From: Anaerolineae bacterium
Lineage (GTDB): Bacteria > Chloroflexota > Anaerolineae > Anaerolineales > RBG-16-64-43
DNA length: 64,000 bases
Reading direction: 5' to 3'
Assembly: GCA_003141675.1 (NCBI GenBank)
Contig: PLND01000063.1
Coordinates: forward strand, 30,036-94,035
The notes below the pieces were generated by a model that was given only the letters and a program-made list of their open reading frames with translations, did no database searches and was not told where the DNA came from. The position numbers were made by a program, and so were the translations under genes. Of this stretch, positions 17,975-27,067 are shown piece after piece (the first letter of the stretch is position 1; each line of letters begins with the position of its first letter).

Positions 17975-19300
17975 ATGATCGAAGCTGCGTTTCATTTTCC
18001 GGAAGGTTTCCTGTGGGGGACGGCCACCGCCGCCCATCAGGTGGAGGGGGATAACCGCCTCAACGATTGGTGGGCCTGGGAGCAGCAACCCGGCCGAATC
18101 CTGCGCGGGTACCGTTCCGGCCTGGCCTGTGATTGGTGGGGCGGACGCTGGAAGGAGGACCTGGACCGGGCGGCGGCCGCCGGGCAAAACGCCCACCGCC
18201 TTTCGGTGGAATGGAGCCGGATCGAACCGTCTCCAGGCCGCTGGGACGATCACGCGCTGGCGTTCTATCGCGACGTGCTTTCCGGAATGCGCACCCGGGG
18301 CATCGAGCCGCTGGTGACGCTGCACCATTTCACCAACCCGCTGTGGCTCTCGGAAATGGGCGGATGGGAAAACGAGGCGGTCATCCCGCACTTTGAAGCC
18401 TTCACCCGCAAGACCGTCGCGGCCCTTCAGGACCTCGCGGATTTCTGGTGCACGATCAACGAGCCGAACCTCTATGCTTATTCGGCGATCGCCTCGGACG
18501 ATTTTCCGCCCGGTCGGAACAGCATCGGAGCCGCCTTCCGCGTCATGCGCCATCAGGTGCTTGCCCATGCGGCCGCGTATCACGCAATCCACGAACTCCA
18601 ACCCGGAGCCAGAGTGGGGATCGCCAGCCATTACCGGGGCCTTACACCGCATACCGGCAGCCCGCTGGACTCCTTGGGTGTGCGGATGCAATCGCGGCTT
18701 TTTAACCAGCTGATTCCGATGGCGCTGCAGGACGGGCGTCTCCGTTTTCCGATTGGCCGGGAGCGGCTGGCCAATGTTGCCCGAACGCAGGATTACATCG
18801 GGGTGAATTACTATTCGACGGACCACGTTTCCTTCGACCTACGCCGGCCCGGTGAGCTCTTCGCGCGGCGTTTTTATCCGCAAGGATCCGACCTTAGCGA
18901 GGTCGGGATGAACGCCAACGTCCCTGAGGGAATGAGGATGGCGATCCGCTGGGCGGATTCCTTCGGCCTGCCGATTTACATCACGGAAAACGGTATCGAG
19001 GACGAGTCGGACTCCATCCGGCCGCGGTACCTGGCGCTCCACCTGCACCAGGTGTGGAAGGCGATCAACACCGGATCCCCGGTCCGCGGATACTACCACT
19101 GGACTCTGGTGGATAACTTCGAGTGGGAACGGGGTTGGACGCAACGCTTCGGGCTTTGGGCTCTCAATCCCGAGACGCAGGAGCGGATCGAGCGGCCTTC
19201 GGGAAAATTCTACGCGGAAATCTGCCATGAGAACGGGCTGAGGAGCGACATGGTCCGGCGTTATGCACCGGAGATTGCCGCTAAGCTGTTCCCGGGATGA
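17975..19300 (+). CDS. GH1 beta-glucosidase
   Basis: FPEGFLWGTATAAHQVEG N-terminus. Acid/base TINEPN and nucleophile YITENG. ATG 17975 lies behind AGGAAGGA. The upstream 39 codons of the ORF are encoded by the repeat and are not credible. Confidence 0.95.
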   Translation: MIEAAFHFPEGFLWGTATAAHQVEGDNRLNDWWAWEQQPGRILRGYRSGLACDWWGGRWKEDLDRAAAAGQNAHRLSVEWSRIEPSPGRWDDHALAFYRDVLSGMRTRGIEPLVTLHHFTNPLWLSEMGGWENEAVIPHFEAFTRKTVAALQDLADFWCTINEPNLYAYSAIASDDFPPGRNSIGAAFRVMRHQVLAHAAAYHAIHELQPGARVGIASHYRGLTPHTGSPLDSLGVRMQSRLFNQLIPMALQDGRLRFPIGRERLANVARTQDYIGVNYYSTDHVSFDLRRPGELFARRFYPQGSDLSEVGMNANVPEGMRMAIRWADSFGLPIYITENGIEDESDSIRPRYLALHLHQVWKAINTGSPVRGYYHWTLVDNFEWERGWTQRFGLWALNPETQERIERPSGKFYAEICHENGLRSDMVRRYAPEIAAKLFPG

Positions 19301-19407
19301 TTCGGGGGGCTCGCTATGCCATACCTTGATTATTCCCGCAGCCTGTGCAGTGCAAATTTATAAGAAACGAGAAGAAGGATCACTTTTCTTCTTCCGGAGC
19401 TAAAACG

Positions 19408-20589
19408 ATGAAAATCGCAGTTCGGCGTTCGAGCGGATATTTTCTTTTATTCATCTGCCTGGGATTGGATATGGCGGTGGTCGGACCGACGTTGCCGGCC
19501 CTCGCCGCTCAAACCGGGAGTACACTGGGCGCGATCGGGTTGATCTTCTTCCTCAGCGCGGGCGGCGGCGCGCTGGGCACGCTGCTGGGCGGTGGGTTGT
19601 TCGACCGGGTTCCCGGCCGGTTCGTGTTGGGCGCGGCGCAATTATTTTCGGCGGCCATTTTTTTCCTGGTTCCGCACGTGCCATGGTACGGGCTGTTGCT
19701 GATTTTGTTCGTCGTCAAGGGAATCACCGGGGGATTGGTCAACACCGGCGCCAATACGCTCCTGCTATGGACGCATGGCGAAAAAGCCGGACCCTTCATG
19801 AATGCGCTGCACTTTTTCTTCGGACTAGGCTCTTTTCTCAGCCCGTTCCTCCTCGGGTTACTGATCTCCACCGGAGGCAATTATTCGAACGTTTACCTTT
19901 TGCTCGCAGTGATCGACGCGACCGTCGGCGTGGTCGTTCTGGCTTCGTTGAACGCACCGATTTCGTCGCCGGGGCGACCTTCCGGCGGCAACGCGGATGG
20001 GGCGGGGCTCTCCGTGGCGCCGATCGTCATCTCGGCTGCGCTGTTTCTGTTCTTTTACGTCGGCGCGGAATTGACCTTCGGAGGATGGATTTATACCTAC
20101 GCGATCACCCTGCATTTGGCCGACGCCGTCCGGGCGGCGTACCTGACGTCGATTTTCTGGCTGGCCTTTACCGTGGGGCGGCTGATCTCCATTCCCGCCG
20201 CCCTCCGATTTTCTCCCCGGCAGATCATTCCGGTCGCGCTCGCGGGCGGCGCCGCCTTCCTGTGCCTGCTCATCCTGGCGCCGGCATCTCCCTCTGTTCT
20301 ATGGATCGCGGCGGCGGGCGCCGGCTTCTGCATGGCACCGATCTGGCCGACCGGCTACACCCTAGCCGGGCAATCCCTCCCCTTGACGGCCCGCATCAGC
20401 AGCTTGATCCTTCTGGGAGACAGCATCGGCGGGATGGTGCTCCCGGGGTTGATGGGTGTGTTGATGGAACGCGCCGGAGCGGCGGCGATGACGCCGGTGG
20501 TTCTGGGCAGCCTGATGGCGACTTTTCTGGCATTCCTCGGAATTCTCCTGTTTGGAAATAAACGGAGAGAATCCGTCGGGCCTTCCTAG
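19408..20589 (+). CDS. MFS transporter
   Basis: About 12 hydrophobic helices and a G-rich MFS-like loop (GGGLFDRVPGRF). Start at MKIAVRR behind GGAG. Confidence 0.8.
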   Translation: MKIAVRRSSGYFLLFICLGLDMAVVGPTLPALAAQTGSTLGAIGLIFFLSAGGGALGTLLGGGLFDRVPGRFVLGAAQLFSAAIFFLVPHVPWYGLLLILFVVKGITGGLVNTGANTLLLWTHGEKAGPFMNALHFFFGLGSFLSPFLLGLLISTGGNYSNVYLLLAVIDATVGVVVLASLNAPISSPGRPSGGNADGAGLSVAPIVISAALFLFFYVGAELTFGGWIYTYAITLHLADAVRAAYLTSIFWLAFTVGRLISIPAALRFSPRQIIPVALAGGAAFLCLLILAPASPSVLWIAAAGAGFCMAPIWPTGYTLAGQSLPLTARISSLILLGDSIGGMVLPGLMGVLMERAGAAAMTPVVLGSLMATFLAFLGILLFGNKRRESVGPS

Positions 20590-20749
20590 ACCTTCGCTTG
20601 TTCCGGTCCGCAGGCTTTTTCTTTTTTGCCTCGGATGACCTCGCCTCCTTCCCGTCAGCGCTTCTCTACTATCGATATTATTTTTCTTTACCTTTCCTTG
20701 GTTTATTCTATTCCCATCAAAACCCGAAAGGGAAAAACGGAGGTGCGTT

Positions 20750-21214
20750 ATGTCAACCCCGATTCGCTGGGATCCCATCCGTGAACTGGACGGCATGCAC
20801 GAGGTAATGGACCGGCTTGTCGAAGAGAGTCTCTCCCGCTCTTTGGCCCGGACGCTTTGGGACATCACATCCGAGCCGGGCATGGATTTGTACCAGACCG
20901 ACGACGCTATGGTGGTCAAGATGGAGCTTCCGGGCGTCAAGCCGGAGGATATACAAGTATCGGTGGCCAACGGAGTGCTGAATATCCGCGGCGAACTGAA
21001 GGAGGAAAAGGAAGAGAAGGAGAGAATGTATCACCTTCGCGAACGCCGGTTCGGATCCTTCAGCCGGTCGGTGACCCTGCCCAGCAATGTAAGCGCGGAA
21101 AAAGCGGACGCGCAATTCGAAAAAGGTATTTTTAACTTTAACGTTGCCCAAGGCCGAAGAGGCCAAGGCGAAGATGATTGCGGTTCGGGCAAAAAAATAA
21201 AAGCGGGGTTGTAA
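20750..21214 (+). CDS. Hsp20/alpha-crystallin small heat-shock protein (C-terminus apparently frameshifted)
   Basis: ACD blocks MDLYQTDDAMVVKMELPGVKPEDIQVSV and ERRFGSFSRSVTLP. After the T5 run at 21129-21133 the +1 frame encodes the canonical end GILTLTLPKAEEAKAKMIAVRAKK* (stop 21198-21200). Confidence 0.85.
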   Translation: MSTPIRWDPIRELDGMHEVMDRLVEESLSRSLARTLWDITSEPGMDLYQTDDAMVVKMELPGVKPEDIQVSVANGVLNIRGELKEEKEEKERMYHLRERRFGSFSRSVTLPSNVSAEKADAQFEKGIFNFNVAQGRRGQGEDDCGSGKKIKAGL

Positions 21215-21253
21215 TAAGAAGCGGGCCGGCGTTCAGCCGGCCCGCTTCTTATT
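21213..21253. terminator. strong hairpin after hsp20
   Basis: Perfect 18-bp stem AATAAGAAGCGGGCCGGC / GCCGGCCCGCTTCTTATT with loop GTTCA. Confidence 0.6.
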
Positions 21254-21396
21254 GGATTATAGAAATCTTCCGCGGTGATCAGCTTTCGTGCAATAACCCC
21301 TATTTATCGCAAGTACACATGTTCGAACGCTCATTTTTCTCTCTCAAATCCTATCAAAACTCTGGTGGGAACCCCGCTTTTTTCCCCTGATAGGCA

Positions 21397-22707
21397 ATGC
21401 AAGACGCAAGCAACTATCCTGTTCGAACCATGTTGCAAAATTCGCGCATTCCCGGATTTTTTAAAAAATCCGTAAACGAACGACAAAACCTCCTTCGAGA
21501 ATCCGCCGCCCTGGATGAGGCGTCCGTCGAGCGTTTAAATCACGGCGGCATCGACCTTGCCACCGCTGACCGGATGATTGAAAACGTCGTCGGCGTATAT
21601 TCGCTGCCGCTGGGGATTGCGACCAACTTCCTGATTAACCAGCGCGAAATACTTGTTCCCATGGTCATCGAGGAACCGTCGGTCGTGGCGGGAGCATCCT
21701 TTGCGGCCCTTCTGGCGCGCGAAGGCGGCGGATTTACCGCCGAGGCGGACGCGCCGGAAATGATCGGCCAGATTCAAATCCTGGATGTTCCGGATGTGGA
21801 AGCGGCGGAACGCGCTTTACGGGAAAACCGCGCGGAGATCCTGGCCGAGGCGGGGCAGGCGGACCCGGTGCTTCGGAAAGCGGGAGGCGGCCCGCGAGAT
21901 ATTGCCATCCGCCGCATCGAATCCTCTCTCGTTGGACCGTTCCTCGTTTTGCATTTGATTCTCGACGTGCGCGATGCGATGGGCGCCAACGCCGTCAACA
22001 CCGCCTGCGAACGGATCGCCCCACGGATTGAGAAGCTCACCGGAGGACGCGTCAACCTGCGCATCCTTTCGAACCTGGCGGACCGCCGCCTGGCGCGCGC
22101 CCGCTGCACCGTCCCGGTACAGTCGCTGGCGTTTGAAGAATGGAGCGGCGAACGCGTGCGGGACGGAATACTTGAAGCGTATGCCTTTGCCGCGGCCGAC
22201 CCTTACCGGGCGGCCACGCATAACAAGGGGATTATGAACGGCGTGGACGCGGTGGTGATCGCCACCGGGAACGATTGGCGCGCGATGGAAGCCGGCGCGC
22301 ACGCCTACGCGGCGCGCAGCGGAACCTACACTTCGCTTTCGCGCTGGGAGCGCGCCCCCGACGGAAGCCTTGCGGGATTCCTGGAAATGCCGATGGCGGC
22401 CGGGATCGTGGGCGGAACCACCCGCGTGCATCCGCTCGCACAAACGGCGCTGAAAATTTTGGGTGTGCGAAACGCGCAAGAACTGGCGCAGGTAATCGTC
22501 TCGGTCGGGCTGGCGCAAAACCTGGCGGCGCTGCGGGCGCTGGGCACAGAGGGAATCCAACGCGGGCATATGCGCCTTCACGCGCGGCAGGTGGCAATTG
22601 CCGCCGGCGCGAAAGGCGAGGCGGTGGAAAAGGTGGCACAGCGGTTGGTGGAAGAGAACGCGATCCGCATCGATCGCGCGGAAGCATTGGTTCAGGAGCT
22701 GCGCTAA
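21397..22707 (+). CDS. class II HMG-CoA reductase
   Basis: ENVVGVYSLPLGIATNF, EEPSVVAGAS, DAMGANAVN and GTEGIQRGHM blocks. Length of about 430 aa fits class II. Confidence 0.9.
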   Translation: MQDASNYPVRTMLQNSRIPGFFKKSVNERQNLLRESAALDEASVERLNHGGIDLATADRMIENVVGVYSLPLGIATNFLINQREILVPMVIEEPSVVAGASFAALLAREGGGFTAEADAPEMIGQIQILDVPDVEAAERALRENRAEILAEAGQADPVLRKAGGGPRDIAIRRIESSLVGPFLVLHLILDVRDAMGANAVNTACERIAPRIEKLTGGRVNLRILSNLADRRLARARCTVPVQSLAFEEWSGERVRDGILEAYAFAAADPYRAATHNKGIMNGVDAVVIATGNDWRAMEAGAHAYAARSGTYTSLSRWERAPDGSLAGFLEMPMAAGIVGGTTRVHPLAQTALKILGVRNAQELAQVIVSVGLAQNLAALRALGTEGIQRGHMRLHARQVAIAAGAKGEAVEKVAQRLVEENAIRIDRAEALVQELR

Positions 22708-22713
22708 ACACCG

Positions 22714-23808
22714 ATGAATGGCAGCGCGGAAATCCAAGCCGAACGGAAATCCAACGCACCGATCATGCGGCCGGCGCGCAAAACGGGCATCACCGGCTAC
22801 GGGGCCTACGTGCCGCGCTACCGGCTGCCGGGCAAAGAGATTTCACGCGTGTGGACCGAGGGCAATACGCCGCCGATCGTCCCGGAAAAATCGGTTCCGG
22901 GACTGGACGAGGACGTGGTCACCATGTCCATCGAGGCGGCGCGCAACGCGCTGGCACGGGCCGGCATCGCACCACAGAAGATCGGCGCCGTATGGGTCGG
23001 TTCGGAATCGCATCCATACGCGGTCAAGCCCACCGCGTCAATCGTGGGAGAGGCAATCGGCGCCACGCCGAATCTCCTGGCGGCGGATTGGGAGTTCGCC
23101 TGCAAAGCCGGAAGCGAAGCGATGCAGGCCGCCATGGGCATGGTCGGCTCGGGCATGATCGATTATGCGCTGATCCTCGGCATGGATGCGGCCCAGGGGC
23201 GGCCGGGCGACGCGCTCGAATACACCGCCGGCGCGGGCGGCGCGGCGTTCCTGATCGGTCCGGCGGAGGAGGCCCTCGCGGTCATCGAGGCTTCCTATTC
23301 CTACGCCACCGACACGCCGGATTTCTGGAGGCGCGTAGGCGCGAATTATCCCTCGCACGGGCAGCGCTTCACCGGCGAACCGGCGTACTTCCGCCATACG
23401 CTCGCCGCGGGGCGCGCGCTGCTGGAAGCCACCGGCACCCAGCCCGGCGACTACCGCTATGCCGTGTTCCACCAGCCGAACCCGAAATTCCCGCAACGCG
23501 CCGCGGAGGCACTGGGTTTCAGCATGGAACAAATCAAAACGGGATTGCTCGCGCCGCAGATCGGCAACACCTACGCCGGTTCCGCGCTGATCGGGTTGAC
23601 GGCGGTGCTGGACGAGGCCGCTCCGGGGGACCGGATCCTGCTGGTTTCGTTCGGATCGGGCGCCGGATCCGACGCGTTTCAACTTACCGCCACCGGGCGG
23701 CTGCCGGAGCGCAGGACGCTGGCTCCGGGCACGGGCCATTACATCGCCCGCCGGAAAGAAATCGATTACGGAGTGTACGTGCGCTACCGGGGAAAATTGA
23801 AAATGTGA
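22714..23808 (+). CDS. HMG-CoA synthase, archaeal-type (short form)
   Basis: [13 protein letters not shown] start, active-site [17 protein letters not shown] and [12 protein letters not shown]. About 350 aa. Confidence 0.9.
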   Translation: MNGSAEIQAERKSNAPIMRPARKTGITGYGAYVPRYRLPGKEISRVWTEGNTPPIVPEKSVPGLDEDVVTMSIEAARNALARAGIAPQKIGAVWVGSESHPYAVKPTASIVGEAIGATPNLLAADWEFACKAGSEAMQAAMGMVGSGMIDYALILGMDAAQGRPGDALEYTAGAGGAAFLIGPAEEALAVIEASYSYATDTPDFWRRVGANYPSHGQRFTGEPAYFRHTLAAGRALLEATGTQPGDYRYAVFHQPNPKFPQRAAEALGFSMEQIKTGLLAPQIGNTYAGSALIGLTAVLDEAAPGDRILLVSFGSGAGSDAFQLTATGRLPERRTLAPGTGHYIARRKEIDYGVYVRYRGKLKM

Positions 23809-23883
23809 CCCCAACTCCTTCCCATTTCTCCATGCGGGGAAATAGGGAGGGGCAGGGGAATCGGTTGCAAAAGGAGCATCGAT

Positions 23884-24285
23884 ATGGATATCGCAAGAAA
23901 TTGGAGATTGCGCAAACAGCGCTATGCCCTCGAGGGCGAACAATGCGATCACTGCAAGCAATATATTTTCCCGCCGCGGGATATCTGTCCGCATTGCGGC
24001 GAGGATGCGCGCGGCGTCCATGCCATGAGCGGGAAGGGCGAGGTGTATTCCTATACCGTGGTGCATGAGCCGCCCACTGGATACGAGACCCAGGCGCCGT
24101 ATGCCATCGCGCTGGTCAAACTGGAAGAGGGGCCGCTGGTCACGGCGCAATTGACCGACATCGACGCCGCCGAAATTAAAATCGGCATGCCGGTGGAAAT
24201 GGTTACGCGCCGGCTGCGCACAGACGGTGAGGAAGGCGTGATCCAGTACGGCTACAAATTCCGCCCGATCCTCTCCGCAGCCTGA
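23884..24285 (+). CDS. DUF35 Zn-ribbon/OB-fold protein (thiolase/HMGCS scaffold-type)
   Basis: CDHCKQYIFPPRDICPHCG zinc ribbon followed by an OB-fold-like segment (GEVYSYTVVH...ALVKLEEGPLVTAQL). Confidence 0.85.
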   Translation: MDIARNWRLRKQRYALEGEQCDHCKQYIFPPRDICPHCGEDARGVHAMSGKGEVYSYTVVHEPPTGYETQAPYAIALVKLEEGPLVTAQLTDIDAAEIKIGMPVEMVTRRLRTDGEEGVIQYGYKFRPILSAA

Positions 24286-24290
24286 TCTCC

Positions 24291-25445
24291 ATGCGCGAAG
24301 TGGCGGTACAGGGGATCGGACAAACTCCGGTCGAAGAACACTGGGATCGCTCGTTGCGCGATCTCGCCACCGAGGCGGGATTGGCGGCGATGCGCGATGC
24401 CGGCATGGACCGGATCGACGCGGTGTTCGTCGGCAACATGCTTTCCGGGCAGGTGGCCCGCCAGGAGAATGTGGGCGCGCTGGTTGCGGATTGGATGGGC
24501 CAGCGCGGAGCGGAAGGGTTCAAAGTGGAAGCGGCTTGCGCCTCCGGGGCGGCGGCTTTCCGCGCGGCCTACCTCGCCGTGGCTTCCGGTGCGCTCGATG
24601 CGGTGCTCGCGGTGGGGGTGGAGAAGATGACCGAGACCTCCGGCGCGGAGACGACCGCCGCGCTCGCCACCGCCGCGGATGCGGATTACGAGGGCATGCA
24701 GGGGGTTACCTTCGTGGGCTTGAACGCGCTGATCATGCAGCGCTATTTATTTGAGTTTGGATGGAAACATACCGACTTCGGAGCCTTCTCGATCAACGCC
24801 CACGCCAACGGCGCGCGCAATCCCAATGCCCGGCTGCGTGAACCGATCACCGAACGGGATTACGCCCGGGCCCGGATGATCTGCGAGCCGATCAATTTGC
24901 TGGATGCGTCGCCGATCGGCGACGGCGCGGCTGCCGTCCTGCTGCTGCCGGCCGACAAGGTGAAGAGTGGCCCGCGTCCGAAAATCCTCGTCGCCGGGTC
25001 GGCCGCCGCCAGCGACTCCGTCGCCATACACGACCGCAAGGATCCGATGTTCCTTTCGGCGGCATTTTCTTCGGCGCATAAAGCCTACGACCAGGCCGGG
25101 GTTACGCCCTCTCAGATCGACTTCTTCGAATTGCACGATGCCTTCAGCATTCTCAGCGCGCTCTCCCTCGAAGCCTGCGGGTTTGCTGAGCGCGGGCAGG
25201 GGCCGCGGTTGGCGCTCGACGGCGCGATCCGCCTGGACGGCAAGTTGCCCATTTGCACCCAAGGCGGATTGAAAGCGCGCGGCCATCCGGTCGGCGCCAC
25301 GGGGATATATCAAATCGTCGAGGTCGCGCAGCAATTGCGCGGCGAGGCGGGCGACAACCAGCTGTCCAAGGCGCGGATCGGGATGGCGCAAAACATCGGC
25401 GGTTCGGGCGCGTCGATTTTTACACATATCCTTAAGGCGAATTGA
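24291..25445 (+). CDS. thiolase (acetyl-CoA C-acetyltransferase, archaeal/SCP-x-like type)
   Basis: Active-site EAACASGAAAF. C-terminal GHPVGATG and NIGGSGAS blocks. Confidence 0.9.
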   Translation: MREVAVQGIGQTPVEEHWDRSLRDLATEAGLAAMRDAGMDRIDAVFVGNMLSGQVARQENVGALVADWMGQRGAEGFKVEAACASGAAAFRAAYLAVASGALDAVLAVGVEKMTETSGAETTAALATAADADYEGMQGVTFVGLNALIMQRYLFEFGWKHTDFGAFSINAHANGARNPNARLREPITERDYARARMICEPINLLDASPIGDGAAAVLLLPADKVKSGPRPKILVAGSAAASDSVAIHDRKDPMFLSAAFSSAHKAYDQAGVTPSQIDFFELHDAFSILSALSLEACGFAERGQGPRLALDGAIRLDGKLPICTQGGLKARGHPVGATGIYQIVEVAQQLRGEAGDNQLSKARIGMAQNIGGSGASIFTHILKAN

Positions 25446-25594
25446 TCGGATCGAACCCATTTACCAAGACCGACGCGGTCTTCAGCCCGCGTTAGTCTCT
25501 CTTCTCCCTGGCACGATATATGCACCAATATGTTGCGGAACACTATCCTTTGTGCTAGGATACAGTGGAAATTTGCGGGATTTTGGGAGGGAAG

Positions 25595-26287
25595 ATGATT
25601 AAAGCAAAAAACGCTTGGTTTCTATTTGTGGTTGCCGGTCTGATGTCAGCCTGCACGGTTTCTTATAGCTCGCCGTCAGGTTCGACCGGAGCCGCTTCTC
25701 CATCCGGTCTCTCTTCAACTTCACCGGCACTCGCGACCATGAATGCGCTGCGGACCGCGTTTATCCAGCAGACCGCCCAGGCGCGGGGCCTCACTCCCGG
25801 CGGGGAGGGGACCAACACGCCGTCCTCCTTCTCCACCGTAGCTGTATCGCCGACCGGAACGCAATCCACGCCGGCAATCAGCACTCCGACCGTCGCAGCC
25901 GCGAGCGCCACCGTTCCCATCGTGCCCACTTCAACTCCGGGGCATCCGGCAACCTATAAAATCAACGAAGGCGAGACCGTCTATTGCTTGGGCCGTCGGT
26001 TCAATATCAACCCGAGCGATATTCTGGCCCTGAATGGATTAGGAATCAACGATGATGTGTTTCCCGGAAACGTTTTAAAAATCCCGGCCAACGGAGATGC
26101 GTTCCCCGGCGACCGCGCCCTTCACTCACACACGGCCAATATGGTCTTTACGGTATCGGCGGCCTACGACACCATCTACAAAATCGGCTGCTACTTCGGC
26201 GATGTGGACCCGAACCGGATCATCGTGGCCAATAATCTGAAGGACCCCTATACGCTGACCTCGGGGCAGAAGCTCATCATCCCCTAA
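25595..26287 (+). CDS. LysM lipoprotein (two LysM domains)
   Basis: Lipobox LMSAC after MIKAKNAWFLFVVAG, with RBS GGGAGGG. LysM 1 is YKINEGETVYCLGRRFNINPSDILALNGL...VLKIP; LysM 2 ends QKLIIP. Confidence 0.8.
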   Translation: MIKAKNAWFLFVVAGLMSACTVSYSSPSGSTGAASPSGLSSTSPALATMNALRTAFIQQTAQARGLTPGGEGTNTPSSFSTVAVSPTGTQSTPAISTPTVAAASATVPIVPTSTPGHPATYKINEGETVYCLGRRFNINPSDILALNGLGINDDVFPGNVLKIPANGDAFPGDRALHSHTANMVFTVSAAYDTIYKIGCYFGDVDPNRIIVANNLKDPYTLTSGQKLIIP

Positions 26288-26312
26288 AATCCCGATCCGA
26301 GATAATCAACGT

Positions 26313-26344
26313 AAAAGAAGCGGCAAAACGCCGCTTCTTTTTTT
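26313..26344 (+). terminator. intrinsic terminator
   Basis: Stem GAAGCGGC / GCCGCTTC, loop AAAAC, followed by a T7 run. Confidence 0.75.
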
Positions 26345-26404
26345 ACATTCTATTCATTTCAACCTGTCAATTTGGCAATAGCGGAAAAAAAAAACAGAGC
26401 GTGA

Positions 26405-27067
26405 TTATCTCCCCGCGACGGCCTTCTTCCATTTGGCGTAGCGGGAAAAGAAGTGCACCCACCAGGGGGACAAGCGGCCGAAAGCCATGGCCTGCGGCAG
26501 AGCCGCACGTAATGTCGCAGCATCCTGAAACGGCGGAACCTCCAGCCCGGCGGCCCCGAGTTCGAACGCGGTATGCGCGTCGCTGCCGGTGGTTACCGGG
26601 ATTTTGTTTTCGCGCGCGAACAAATCCGCCCGCCGGTTGTCCTCGGCGAACAGGCACCGGGCGTTGAATCCCTCGATCGCATCGACCAGGGGAAGGATTC
26701 TCCGCAGGGCATCCACTTTCCATGCGCCGTGCCGCAGCCGGTCGAAAGGATGCGAGACGCTGATCGCCGCCCCCTGATCCCGCAATCGCGCGATGGCGGC
26801 TTCCGGAGCCAGCCCCTTGGGGATTTCCTTTTGGAGATAGTATCCCAACAGTTCCCCTTCGGTGGTCATGATCTCTTCGCCGGGGATGATCAGATCCGGC
26901 GCGAGCGCCGCCGCCTCCAACGCGCCGCGCACCGTATTATGGTCCGTCACGGCCACCCTCTCCAAACCGGCCCGCCTTGCGGCGGCGATGAATATAGGGA
27001 TGTCGGTCGAACCGTCGGACGAATAAACGGTGTGCGCATGGAAATCCGCTCGTATAAAATTTTTCAT
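26405..27067 (-). CDS. PHP-domain phosphoesterase
   Basis: MKNFIRADFHAHTVYSSDGS, VAVTDHN and TTGSDAHT motifs. Its ATG overlaps the upstream stop (ATGA). The 533-aa ORF in the track is an out-of-frame read-through of the upstream gene. Confidence 0.85.
   Translation of the reverse strand: MKNFIRADFHAHTVYSSDGSTDIPIFIAAARRAGLERVAVTDHNTVRGALEAAALAPDLIIPGEEIMTTEGELLGYYLQKEIPKGLAPEAAIARLRDQGAAISVSHPFDRLRHGAWKVDALRRILPLVDAIEGFNARCLFAEDNRRADLFARENKIPVTTGSDAHTAFELGAAGLEVPPFQDAATLRAALPQAMAFGRLSPWWVHFFSRYAKWKKAVAGR

Noticed and set aside
20590-20749. RNA thermometer or CIRCE/HAIR heat-shock operator upstream of hsp20
   Set aside because: No CIRCE (TTAGCACTC-N9-GAGTGCTAA) or HAIR palindrome is present. 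Only a weak TTCCC/GGGAA hairpin lies near the RBS, which is insufficient.
21129-21133. Programmed +1 ribosomal frameshifting in hsp20
   Set aside because: There is no recognisable shift-prone stop or rare-codon context or stimulatory element. Two other one-base homopolymer insertions nearby make indel error or mutation more parsimonious. It is kept as a finding, but not as recoding.
22275-24068. 597-aa ORF (+) rich in Arg/Gly/Ala spanning the HMGR 3' end, HMGCS and DUF35
   Set aside because: It is an alternative frame of well-supported genes in high-GC DNA. Composition is low-complexity R/G/A with no motif. This is a typical GC-driven shadow ORF.
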